36,033 nucleotides of DNA from positions 1 to 36,033 of the forward strand of contig JASJQH010006936.1 in assembly GCA_040143965.1 (NCBI GenBank). Reading direction: 5' to 3'. Under the pieces are notes generated by a model. The model worked only from the letters and a program-made list of their open reading frames with translations, was not told the origin of the DNA and did not search any database. Below, one piece after another: positions 24,601 through 36,033 of this stretch. The stretch is from Basidiobolus ranarum (taxonomy: Eukaryota). Position numbers and translations under genes: made by a program. Each line of letters begins with the position of its first letter. Positions within the stretch are counted from its first letter, which is position 1.

Positions 24601-25013
24601 CTGAGCCATATAAAGGAAAAAGTGGCCCCGCTTCTACTACGGCAGCTTTTGCTGGTATGAAGTTACAAGGGCCTCCGAAACCTAAAACCACTTCTACATT
24701 TTTCAAGCAAGACCCCTGGGATATGGACACCTCCGGTTGGGATGATGGGTTGGCTGGAGATTGGGACAATGAGAGTAGTGATTGGGGAACACCAGCAATA
24801 CCATCAGGAAAATTCAAGCCTTTAACTCCCATAAATGCTACCCAATCTGGCAAGCCTGGAGATATGAATCACAAATTCGGAGAGCGTCGTACGGTATGTA
24901 TTGATTTTCCAGAGATTGCAGAATGGTCCATCTAACCATGATGTATTTGGTAGCGGCTGACTGAGCAACGGGACAAGAAAAAAACTGGCTCTCTTGGCGC
25001 TAGACGGTTGTAA
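21660..25013 (+). CDS. SCYL1: SCY1-like pseudokinase with HEAT repeats (SCYL1/Cex1 type), about 16 introns
   Basis: SIWSLHEG, AKNHFKRVRTLRHPDLIRYID, VHGNIRLSSIFTNKAGEWKLGGFE, PDRTIRLSLLENL, DEQPGIRTNTVIC.GKI, KDPFPHAR, GWTDWAVTS. C-terminus ...KKKTGSLGARRL*, stop at 25011-25013. Confidence 0.92.
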
Positions 25014-25417
25014 TCATGATTATCATTGGATCGTGTCGGTTTGATATATGTCTTTTGGCTTAAACGAAGTGCCTTGAGCTTTCTATTCAGCTGGAAAGTG
25101 CAATTCAGTAATTAAATTCAAGTGGTATGTAATATATTTTGTGAGTGGTAGTCAAGTATTCTTCCAAAGGTTAGCATTTGTTTTTGTTAAAACAATTAAT
25201 TATTCATACTATAATAAAAATAGATGTAGAATTGTGTACATGACTTCCAGATGCTGTTTAGTGGTTTATTTTCTTCATTGAAAAGGCAATTTACTGAAAG
25301 TATCTACAGAGAAGCGTGTTGATTGATATACTACAGTCATTAGAAATCTCTTCCAAATGGGGATAGTAACTCAAACATCGATTACAAAACATTAATATTA
25401 AAATAGTATCCTCAAGC

Positions 25418-25951
25418 TCACACCGGAGAAGTTTGATGGGATGTCCCAGGTTGTGATAGTAACGGACTATTGGGCGTGGCTACTGGTCTATGACCGCTAC
25501 TCTCCTCATCATTCACTAGTAGTTGGTGACGTTCGATGTGGCGTTCCAACATCTTAAGATTCTTCAGGTTAGATTTGAATAAGGCGTCTAAAGCATCTCC
25601 CAGAATAGGAGTAATTCCAATTAACCAATCGAAGAAAATATTCAAAAGCATACGCATCTTTATCGAGTACGGAAGACCAAAACTACATGAGAGTGAAAAG
25701 AGATATAAAGAAGCAAAGAGTCCAAAGAAATCCCCTAATACTGGAATAAGACCAATGACTGCCTCATAACCAATACCAAAAGGTAATGTCGGGTGTTGGT
25801 CTAACCATAAAGTGATCTTTCGAATGTGTTCCAACAGTTTCTTGGCTTTCTTGGCACTCATTGGCTTCTTCTTCTTCTTTTTTCTCGCTTGTTCACCATT
25901 GCGAAGGTCATTGTGGTTTTGTGGAAGAGTCTCTTCAGTTCGATTAAACAT
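25418..25951 (-). CDS. DUF4112-family membrane protein
   Basis: Motifs LD...GIGYEAVIGLIPVLGD and RMLLNIFFDWLIGITPILGDALDALFKSNLKNLKMLERH are typical of DUF4112. Intronless. Confidence 0.85.
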   Translation of the reverse strand: MFNRTEETLPQNHNDLRNGEQARKKKKKKPMSAKKAKKLLEHIRKITLWLDQHPTLPFGIGYEAVIGLIPVLGDFFGLFASLYLFSLSCSFGLPYSIKMRMLLNIFFDWLIGITPILGDALDALFKSNLKNLKMLERHIERHQLLVNDEESSGHRPVATPNSPLLSQPGTSHQTSPV

Positions 25952-26557
25952 TGGTAAAAGAAAATAAACTATCTCTGCACGCCTAACAAGGCTTTTTAAA
26001 GATCGAGTGATGCGATACTAACTGACTAGTAAACCTGTTGGGACAGTCACCATTATCTCGCAGTCTATGACTCTTCCCTTTTAAGGATATTAAGTTAAGG
26101 TAAGTGACATCACTGTTATCAGGTTGACTATGTAATAAAATGCACAAGGTTACGCGCCAAGCTTAGTATTGGATTGATCAGCTCTTAGTAGTGTTTGATC
26201 TTGATTGCATACAAAGTACCTTCGCTCTTTATTAAAATTGTTTGAGGAGGGTCTTTATTTAAATGGTTTGAGAAATGTCGGACTTCCTTTGAATGAACTA
26301 ACCCTGGAATTGATAGTACTTCTTAAAAGAGCAGTTTTATAATTCCAACTTGATCTACCGCATCCTCCAAACACTAGGTGAATTAAATTAATACGAATCA
26401 GTCAATTTAATGATCTGGTGGAAATAACCAACAATGACGTTTACTAGTTTAGAATCTCAGTGAGATATGTTGTTGACGTAATCAATCACTTGCTATTTTT
26501 TATGGATAGTGGCTACTGAACAACTCTCTAAGTACAACAGCACTTGGTAAGTTAATC

Positions 26558-28196
26558 ATGAAGGTCACTATCAAGACATTGCAACAAAAAGCGTTTCAAA
26601 TAGATGTTGAACTAGAAGATAAGGTATTTACATTGATACAATACCACCTCCTGTATTATCTTTAATTTATCAAACCATTTGTTTTGTTAGATTTCTACTC
26701 TCAAAGAGAAAATTGAACAATCCCAAGGTCACCCCGTCACTCACCAAAAACTCATTTTCTCTGGTAATATGCATTTATTTGACCCCTACTTTCTCTAGAT
26801 ATTTACCTGATATTTTATAGGGAAAATTTTGAATGATGAGCAAACAATTGCTGGTTGTAATGTTACGGAAAAAGATTTTATGGTTGTAATGGTCTCAAAG
26901 GTATGTAACGTAAGAGGGTGAATTTAATTTGGAGTAATTACTAAGCATTTTCATTAGCCTAAGGCTTCACCAGCTGCCACAACTTCTGCAGCCCCAGCCA
27001 CACCTGCTAGCACTGCTCCAACTACTGCTACCACAGTACCAGCTCCTGTTACGAATGAAAAGCCAGTTGCAGAAACTACTTCAACTACCACATCCGCTCC
27101 TGTTGATACTACTGCTACAACAACAACTGCCACTACTACCACAACAGAAAGCAAAGGAACGCAACCTTCTTCCTCTGGTTGGGATACTGGCAGCGGTCTT
27201 GGTATGTACTTTTCATCGGTTATTTTAACGATCGATTTTAGTAATAACTCCTTCAATAGTAACTGGACCTGAATACGAAGCTGCAGTCAGTAATATGATC
27301 GAGATGGGCTTTGATCGTGAACAAGTTGTCAAAGCCTTGAGAGCTAGTTTTAACAATCCAGAAAGAGCAGTTGAATATTTAATGAATGTAATTAGAATTT
27401 ATTAATTTAAATCTTCGTCCATAATTGCCTATATTTACGGATTTCCTGTTAATTCTTAGGGTATTCCTGAACATCTTCTTGGAAGTTCTCAGCAACCAGG
27501 TCAACAGGAAGATGATACTCCTGATCAAGCACCCATGTCTCCTGCCTCAGGTAACTATTTGTTTATTCATAATTCTTTAGTATTTTTTGAAATTCTTAAT
27601 AACATAAAACTAGCTCAATCCCAAAACTTATTTACTGCTGCTGCTCAGCAAGCTGCTCAGGAGAGAGGTACTCAGCCTCAAGGAGCCGGTGGAGATCTTT
27701 CTTTCTTGAGAAATCAACCTCAATTCCAACAATTACGTCAGCTTGTTCAACAAAATCCTGCTCTCTTGCAACCACTTTTACAACAACTCGGTCAAGCAAA
27801 CCCCCAGTTACTCCAGGTAAGTTAATTGCATCTCTCAACTCTAATAGATACACTTCTAACCTAGTATCCTTTAGCTCATCAATGCTAATCAAGATACATT
27901 CCTACAACTCCTTAGTGAGGGTGGGGGTGAGGGTGGTGAAGGAGGTGAGGGAGCACCTCCAGGTACTCATACCATCCAAGTTACCCAAGAGGAAAAAGAG
28001 GCGATCGAAAGAGTAAGAAATATTAGAAATGTTTATTTGAGTTCACCGGTAATATTAAACGCTCATCTTATTTCTCTAGCTATGTGCTCTTGGATTTGAT
28101 CGTGCTCGTGTGATTGAAGCGTACTTTGCTTGTGATAAGAACGAAGAATTAGCAGCTAACTATCTTTTTGATCATGGTAATGAGGACGATTATTAA
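26558..28196 (+). CDS. RAD23: UV excision repair / proteasome shuttle protein Rad23, 8 introns
   Basis: UBL ([18 protein letters not shown]...QKLIFSGKIL), Thr/Ala/Pro linker, UBA1 ([27 protein letters not shown]), XPC-binding ([30 protein letters not shown]), UBA2 ([34 protein letters not shown]). Confidence 0.96.
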
Positions 28197-28428
28197 ATAT
28201 TTCAATTAATATGTCACATCCATCATAGCCGTCTTCTCCCCCGCTTTACATATTACTTTTCTTTTATCGTACATATGGTATATTAATGAAATTAAAGTCT
28301 TTGCAAGTTTAAAATAAAAAGAACGCGCACAGACAGGAGTACACCACACTAAATCATATTTCAATCTGTCTTTATATTGTTCCTTTTGCATTTTGCTAAC
28401 AATCAAAAATGGAATTCTTTGGGGTATT

Positions 28429-31400
28429 TTAAGCCAAGACGTTTTTACATCTTGGACATACGGAATTTTCTTCAGATGCAGTGAAATTCCAACATCTAGG
28501 ACACTTGTGTAATTGTGCTCGATGAATTCCAATGACAACTTTGGCTGTCACCATTTCTAGAAGAAAAAAAAGGGACAGAGTAAGTACCACGAATTCGAGA
28601 GAAGTCGAGATATGAATATAAAAGGTTACCATTGTTTTCATTGATCAAGGGAATCTCGATTTCGGATGAATATTCAGTTGGCTTGGTTGATTGAAGACTA
28701 ACATTGGAGGTGATCAGGAAAGATGGTAGTTCGGACTCTATAGAATTTATGGTTAATGACGGAGAATCTTTATGGAAATGAGTGTCGACATACCATGTTT
28801 GGACAATAAATCATGTACAGGTGAGTGGCCATCAAACGATATATCTACATCAGCCTCTAAAGAGCTTCCGATAACCCTATACGAAAAAGCGTTAACTCTT
28901 ATCTAAAGATGATATTACTTAGGCACAATCATACTTGTCTCTTCTGGCTTTTTCCAAAAGAAGATTAACCTCTGAGCGTAATGCCTTCAAGCAATTTACT
29001 TCTCTATTGACATCATCATTTTTCCAAGCAGCATCCTTTAAATATACTCAATGAATACAAAATGATTGATGACTTGGATCATGGAAATTAAGATATCTTA
29101 CCACATTCAGCCAGCCAGTTTTGAAAATACTGTCTTTGGGTTCAGCATAAATATGTTTGGCATTTTCGTAAATCTCTTCAGATAAATGGCAGGTTATGGG
29201 TGCTAAAGCGCGAGTGTATACATCAAGGATCTATAATATGCGGAAATGTTAGTATTCTCAGCTGATTTTCGCTATAAAGAGCTGATCCTACATTCGAAAG
29301 AACAGTTTGGACATTGAGGCGAGAGATGCTATCAACGCCGTCCGCATATAAACGGTCCTTTACTATGTCGAAATAGAAAGCTGATAATGAGGTATTGGTG
29401 AAGTTGTTTAACTCTTGGACCGCTGAGCATTGAAAAGAAAGGTTAAAAAGCGATGCAATCACATCCAGATGATGCTGTTAACAAACCTCTGTTGAAAGTG
29501 TAACTATCGTAGGCGTTTGTCACCTCTTGACCAAAGTGGTGAAGTTGGTGAAGTATATACTTGTCGACCTTGAATTGAGTCAAAATTTAGATCACCCATT
29601 AATGTAGTAGAAAGCTAGGTGAGGCATAAACAAATATATTACCATGTACAATTGGTCATATGAACTGGACTTGGATTGGGAGAAGCCGCCCAAATTGCCC
29701 AGCATAAATCTGGCAGTATTTCTATATTTACGTATACTATCTCCAACATGGGCTATGAAATTTCAATATCAAATACTGTTGGTCAAAAGGATAGAGGGTT
29801 AGTGCAACACTTACCAATGATGGTATCTCCTATAGTAACATCTTTGGTGTATTCTGTAGATGCAACCCAAAGACGGAGAATATCGGTACCATAAGGAGGA
29901 TTTTTCTTTTGGTTCTATAAAAAAATATGGATCAGTCCAAATACTTAATGATACAAACTCGCAGTTTTTTACCTTTCCTCCCTTAATGATAAGTGATGGC
30001 TCGATCACATTACCAATGGATTTAGACATTTTGCGACCTTTTTCATCGAGGACGAATCCGTGAGTAATGAGAGTACCATACGGAGATTTACCCGTAGAGG
30101 CAACTAATAAAGACAAAATAGGTGAATCATCTCGCACGGATAATGGAGCCTTCAGTGATAAGTACCTGATGTAATCAATGATGACTGGAACCATCCACGA
30201 TGCTGATCACTTCCTTCGAGATATACATCTGCTACGTGCTTCTTCTCGCTGAAGGTTTACTATTAGAATACACTCAAGATAAAAGTGGTAACAAAGCACA
30301 AACCGTGAAAGAGATTCTGCAATCAGAGTCCAGGAACTTCCACTATCGAACCAAACATCCATTGTATCGGTGCCTTTTCGATAATTCTTACCTAAAATTG
30401 GGATTCATTCGTGTTAATCGTGTTCACCATTTGAATTTAACCTGATAAAAGTACCGTTTCCACGATAGGATGGTGGTAAAAGATCTTCAGTAGGTAGACT
30501 CCACCAACAGTCAGACCCATGCTCGGAAATTAGATTCTTGATGTGAGTAATGATTTCATCCTTGAGCAATGGCTCATCTGTAGACCAATTAGTTAAAAAC
30601 CTCAATGTAGATCACATTTAAGTAAACAGAAAACTACCAGTATCAGCATCATATATCACAGGAATAGGAACTCCCCAGGCTCTTTGACGAGAAATACACC
30701 ACTCCGTTCGACCCTCCAAAAATTTAGTAAGGCGTTTACGTCCTGAAATTCCAACCGTCAATCAATTTAATATCGAGACAAGTGTCAGTGGTACCTTGAT
30801 AAAAACACTCACCTGTTTCAGGAATGATATTAAGATCCCCAATTGCATTTACAGCATCTCCTCGAAGGTCAGTCACGTTTGCAAACCATTGTGAGGTGGC
30901 TCTAATAAAAAGGAGTCAACAAACGTTCTCTCGCAAACACTCTTATCGTTTCCGTACCTTTGTATCACAGGTTTTTTGGTTCTCCAATCGTAAGGATAAC
31001 TATGAATATATTTTTCCTCTTTCACCAAATATCCGTTTTCTTTCATAAAATCCATGATAGCCTCAGTTCCATCGGTAAGGACTGATTTTCCTGAGAACAT
31101 TGGACCAGCCTCTTCAGTGAATTGGCCATTATCGTTGACTAAATAGTGCATCAGTTGATATGCCCTTGCATAATATCTAATATGTACAATAAATGCACCT
31201 ACCAGGGCAAAAAATGGGGATACCCAACTTTAAGCAAGCCAAATAGTCCTCTTTACCATGACCAGGAGCAGTGTGTACCAGACCTTTAGAGATTTGATGA
31301 GTAAACATTAAGAATCTGAAAATATTCCAGTAAGGTTTCACCTGTTCCAGAATCACTGGTAACGTAACCAGCAGGGATGATTTGTAGTTTTTCCTTAGTG

Positions 31401-33157
31401 ATGAAGTTTTCGTATTCAGAACCCAGAAGCTTACAACCTGAAAACCCATTTTAACCTCTGAAATTAGACTAAATGGAATGTGTTTTTGTAGCTACCTGGC
31501 AGCTCTGCAATGACGGAGATGTTGTCATTATCCTGATATAGGCTCTTGATCGCTTGTAGTCGATCACTAGCTACGATAAAATGCTCGGCTTCAGAATTTT
31601 CGGATTGTTTTGCGAAGATGGTATATTGAAGCTCAGGATGAACGGCAATGGCCTAGGAACATGACAGCGTATCAATACTTAATACAAGGCAAGTGGGTAC
31701 AAAGGGGAATAATACCTTATTAGCTGGAAGAGTCCAAGGTGTAGTGGTCCAAATAAGTGCGTTTAACTTAAGGTCCTGACCATTGGGGAGTATACTGGAG
31801 AGATCCGACCCTTCACAAAATAGACTTTTAAACAATTGATCATAACCCACTGGATGCTGTGAAGTATACCTAGAGCAGTGATAGGGTATTTCACAAAAGC
31901 CGATCGACTTTCATGATCGTCTTTATACTCCAACTCAGCTTCGGCTAAGGCGGTTCTATTCTCGATAGAAGTAATAATTGTTACATCTCGTTCGAATAAA
32001 GATGAAGACTGCAAAAGATTTACTTGGAAGATGGGGACCAATATACGGGTCTATGTTGTCTATATATATAGCCTAACAATAATAACAGTGGTAAGATATT
32101 TTATAGCAATCTACTACTGCCTTACGAAACCCACCTTTTTGGACCATTTGGCGGAAAATCTCAAGCTGGCGAACTTCGAAATCAGGATCTACATGATACC
32201 TCAGGTTATTAACAAATAATTGGATTATTTGAGAACTTAATACATACCTAATGTTTTGTAAGGATTATCCCAATCACCCATGACTCCCCAACTCATAAAA
32301 TCTGCTTTCTGCTTTTTGACTGCATCCAATGCACATTTTCTTGCTTCTTCGCGAATTTTTTGCGGAGTTAAATTTTTTTTGTCGGCAGACTAGTTCGATT
32401 TAAATATGAGCATATATTGTATTACTAAATACGTTCCAGTTAAGAAAACAACCTTTAGTCCCGAGAGTGCTTTGAGTTCAATGGGTAAGCCGTGGCAATC
32501 CCATCCAGGAATGTAGCTAAAATCATGATACGTTAATGAATTATATGGCCAGATAGAAATTTCCATCTAAAATTCTTCCTTACTGGACTTTATGTCCTTG
32601 TAAAACCTTGTATCGATTAATGATATCTTTCAGGATTTTGTTTAATGCGTGACCTAGTTTATATCGATAAGTATTTGTTCAACAATATCTCCATTCACAT
32701 TACTCAATATAAGAAAGAGGACAAACCGGTATGCAAATTGCCATTAGCGTATGGTGGACCGTCATGGAGAACAAAGTAATCCCCTGTATTATTTTTCAAC
32801 TGAGAGAAAAATTTCACGTTATTCGAGAGTCTCTACAACACTGTACTTGAAATCTGTATAAAAGAGACATACCTGCCAAGGATACAAGTCAGTGGTACAC
32901 CTAGCACGAAATTGCTCCTCTCTTTTGACAGCGTCAGCACGAAGAGGAAACTTGGTCGTAGGTAATAATAGGGTATTGCTATATTTTTTATTCAAATTCT
33001 CGACCGAGTCTTTCGAGGAGCTCTCATTAGCCCTTACATTACAGCTAACAGATAGAGCTCGTACCAATAGACGAGACTCTTGCTGGAAACCTCTGGCTGA
33101 AAACCCTGCGAAAGGCAGGCTTCGAGAATTTCTTAGGTGTGACTGTAAACGGAGCAT
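28429..33157 (-). CDS. ISM1: Mitochondrial isoleucyl-tRNA synthetase, roughly 25 or more introns
   Basis: Arg/Ser/Leu-rich presequence [16 protein letters not shown]. Motifs [37 protein letters not shown] (HIGH-type), [81 protein letters not shown], and C-terminal Zn finger KCPRCW...CPRC. Bacterial/mitochondrial-type IleRS. Confidence 0.95.
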
Positions 33158-33578
33158 ATCGAAGGTGTTCACCCAAACGATAATTTACAACTAGAACAGA
33201 AGAGTTTTTCACCAACAGAATTCACGTGATATATGACATGAATTTAGTATTTATTGTGAAATTGGAAATTACAGGTTTATATATGTTTCTTGTGTTTTAA
33301 TTGCATGCATAAGCATATACCTTCGAAATACATCAACACAATTTATCAGGCATTCATGGAAACAAAATCGTGACTTGTCAGCTTCTATAAATTCGAACAA
33401 AAAGAAAAGAGTATATGTTAAACATCAAAGAATCAAGAACTGATGATAGGAGTAAGTCACATCATCTGAATGTGTACGGTGATTGTTTATTTACGCGAGA
33501 ACAAAAAGATTGTTGAAAATTGGCGAAAAGTTTCAATAATTTAGGTTTAAGTTGAATTTTAGAATTATATGGTCAGTT

Positions 33579-34132
33579 TTAAATGCCTAGTTCTTCTCTA
33601 GTGGGAACACCAAGTTCTTCTTTGATATCCTTTAATTCTTCAAGATATTGCTTGTATTGACCTTCATTCTCCACTTTTTGTTTAAGACCCTCAAAGATAC
33701 GTATAGCAGTGGCGAAATCGTTCACACGTCTAGAAGCTTTAAGGGCGGATTCAACAACACTGGGTGAAGGAACCATATCATAAGCAAAGCAGTTGTTAAG
33801 GCCTCTTTGCAATTCGAAAAGATCGTCAACGCCATCAAAAAATTTTACATAACGTTCAGTTAAGGTCTCAAAAGACTCTTCTTCATGGCCGGCAGAGTAG
33901 AAACGAGCACCAGCTAAGTGATATGAAAAATAATGAGAGCGATCCACAAAATCAAGGAAATATCAAATATAAACATATGGTTTAACTATTGACTACAGTT
34001 GGTTTTAAATCTCGAATGAAACAAAATAAACTTGAAAAGCATACCTTGCACGGGACGTGCGCTGTAAGCTCCACGAAGGAGGAGAGGGGAGGCGCGGGCA
34101 ACTGAAGTAGCTAAAGAACGAATGGCAAACAT
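33579..34132 (-). CDS. COX6: Cytochrome c oxidase subunit Va (yeast Cox6)
   Basis: Exon 1 34132-34045 encodes presequence MFAIRSLATSVARASPLLLRGAYSARPVQ. Intron 34044-33914. Exon 2 reads EESFE...FF...DLFELQRGLNNCFAYDMVPSPSVVESALKASRRVNDFATAIRIFEGLKQKVENEGQYKQYL...ELGVPTREEL. Confidence 0.95.
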
Positions 34133-34665
34133 ATTTGGGAGAGAATAGTAGAGGTAGAGGTATATTTTCTATGCTGTTTAGCTTTGAACAGGCTCGTGCA
34201 CACTTTGGTTTGGGGCACCAAATTCTTGATGCTTAACTAGGGCTCCCCCGTCACTCCCCTTTAGCTGGTGCTGATTTGCCATGAGGGGGTTTGGGGTGCT
34301 TTCCAAACAAGTCACCCAGTTCGATTTACAATCCCACCATGGCTCTCCATATTATTTCTTTGGTCATACCGGATGCTACCCAGCAGCAGTCAATAAGAGT
34401 GACTATCATATTTAGTCTACGTCAACTGCCCAATGAAACAATGCAACAATTAATCAATGGAAGTGATCGAGTAGGTTTCTTAAACTCAAGAATTGTGCAT
34501 ATACTAGGCTATAAACATAACTGTGTCAATGCCAAAAGAGGTATCTATACCTAGTGTTGATTTACAATCTATCACCATATTCTGAGTAGGCTAGTATTTA
34601 TAATATATACGCGGTGGGGTTGAACAATAGATCGTAGGAAATATTTATGAATCAGTCATTATAAA

Positions 34666-35278
34666 TTAATGGCAAGTGAATGCTTTCCTAGCAAAAAAGA
34701 CATCCTCAGCAAAGATGAAGAAGCCTAGGGTAGCGCCAATAATGGTCGACATCATAAGGTATCCATTGAAGGTCATGAACACTAACATAAGGGAATAACT
34801 AATCAGTGCCTGTAACATATAGAGTAGTGAACGGCAAATCTGCTGCAGCCAAGCGATCTGAGCTGGCTCCCTAACAATTTGGCTGTCGTGATTTTCATTT
34901 TCTCCAAACGAAGAAATCTCAATCTTTTCTGGCCCACTTGAGTTGTTAATTGCAGATGTGTACTTGTAATTTTGGGTGGCAATAGAACGATCGAATTGAC
35001 GAGCAACCCGACGAATGTACTCATGGACAATGGCAATCAATATTATACCTAAACACGAAATAGTCATCGTTCCAGCAGAAGTTATCTTCCATTCAGAAAA
35101 AATCACACAGAGATTGTCATATTGCCAACTAAGTGTCATCTACATGTAGAATCATTAGCTAATGCCTTTCAGCAATATACGAAGACTTACCCACTTGCAT
35201 GGGGCTCCCAGCATGCTCCATGCTTCCATCTGCATTATGCATTGGGGTCATATAGCTTAAAGGTATATTATCATCCAT
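34666..35278 (-). CDS. Ctr-family copper transporter
   Basis: Met/His-rich N-terminal exon and an intron ending at 35140. Then MTLSWQY...IFSEWKI, TM2 MxxxM (YSLMLVFMTFN), TM3 GxxxG (GATLG) and C-terminal CH. The first-exon donor site is ambiguous (see findings). Confidence 0.9.
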
Positions 35279-35918
35279 TATCGTAAATAGGTGTTGAGGA
35301 GAGTGGATGTTCAGTACAAGTGTTGCTGAAAGTCAATCTTCTTAAGTAAATCTATATATCTTAAAAGTAGCATCAGGGCCTTATAATCATCTTTAGATTG
35401 GACGCTCTTAAATTTACAAGTCTATTATTAGTGAACAACTGCTGATACAAGGAGTTATTCAACAAAATTAGCTAGTGATTTATGGATATTGGTATATATA
35501 AGCTGTATAGAAATTGACATAGCATATTTTAGGACCTAATGTTGAACTAACCAATCTTGGTAAGAGACAAGGACATTGGGATATGTCTTTAACACACTTC
35601 TCGATAAATTGCATATTCTTTGGTGTTAGAAATATTGATTCTCCAAAAGCTCTACTGTATAATACCCATAATTATGATCTACTTGGTATACTTCGCCAAA
35701 AGCACTCGCACTTTAACATTATATAAGCGGATTTGTATTGTAGAAGTTCAATAAGATCCGAATGTTACTCAAGTATCTATTGGTAATTTAAAAAACCGAT
35801 AACTGGTTGGATTAACTTATAACTACAACTCATTGTATCCAATCATATCACTGTTTCGAAATTAGTATTTAAATATTAGTTTATTAAATTCGCTAGTTCA
35901 CAATATAGTACAATTCTT

Positions 35919-36033
35919 CTATTGTCTGCCACGAACAAACTGTGCAACGATGTTGGTGAAGTATTCACCCTGGTGAGTTGCTACTTCAAGTTCCTTGGCT
36001 GAGGGCATTCTTGATCCATCTCCATTTGCGATG
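35919..36033 (-). CDS. 3' end of a WrbA/Pst2-family flavodoxin-like NAD(P)H:quinone oxidoreductase (gene truncated by window edge)
   Basis: Frame from 36032 reads IANGDGSRMPSAKELEVATHQGEYFTNIVAQFVRGRQ*. This matches the WrbA C-terminal motif A..DGSRxPS..EL..A..QG..F. Confidence 0.85.
   Translation of the reverse strand, partial: IANGDGSRMPSAKELEVATHQGEYFTNIVAQFVRGRQ

Noticed and set aside
26954-27256. Val-rich 100-aa minus-strand ORF resembling a membrane protein
   Set aside because: It is the antisense mirror of the Thr/Ala-rich Rad23 linker exon.
32650-32740. HTGH instead of HIGH in IleRS
   Set aside because: HxGH variation is common in class I synthetases.
32819-33172. GTG start given for the IleRS first exon
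   Set aside because: This is a eukaryotic gene, and the ATG at 33157 gives a normal mitochondrial presequence.
34291-34554. 87-aa TTG-start ORF, and GGGGTGC as a possible TPP riboswitch start
   Set aside because: The ORF has no ATG-led coding signature, and the TPP core motifs (CTGAGA, CCTGA...AATGC...GCG) are absent.
1-36033. CRISPR arrays, tRNA/rRNA genes, intact transposons, secondary-metabolite cluster
   Set aside because: None seen. The protein genes are functionally unrelated housekeeping loci.

Overview
This is a gene-dense, AT-rich eukaryotic window with many short (about 50-80 nt) GT-AG introns. Gene content and intron style point to an early-diverging fungus (Zoopagomycota/Mucoromycota-like, possibly Basidiobolus; this is inference). 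Genes in order: a small secreted-peptide ORF (-), NELF-C/D (TH1) (+), WDR48/UAF1 (+), an alpha-arrestin (-), a hypothetical protein (+), URB1/Npa1 (-), NAP1 (+), a Tom6-like microprotein missing from the ORF track (-), SCYL1/Cex1 pseudokinase (+), a DUF4112 protein (-), RAD23 (+), mitochondrial IleRS (-), COX6/COX5A (-), a Ctr copper transporter (-) and the 3' end of a WrbA/Pst2 flavoprotein (-). The most notable observation is in the URB1-NAP1 spacer: a roughly 375-nt structured element with a TTAGGG-complementary template, an enclosing helix, an A-tract, a branched helix and a box H/ACA-like 3' hairpin. This is a candidate compact, animal-like H/ACA telomerase RNA in a fungus. A fungal NELF-C/D gene and alternative reading frames at the Ctr N-terminus are also worth checking. 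All splice models and RNA pairings were read by eye.
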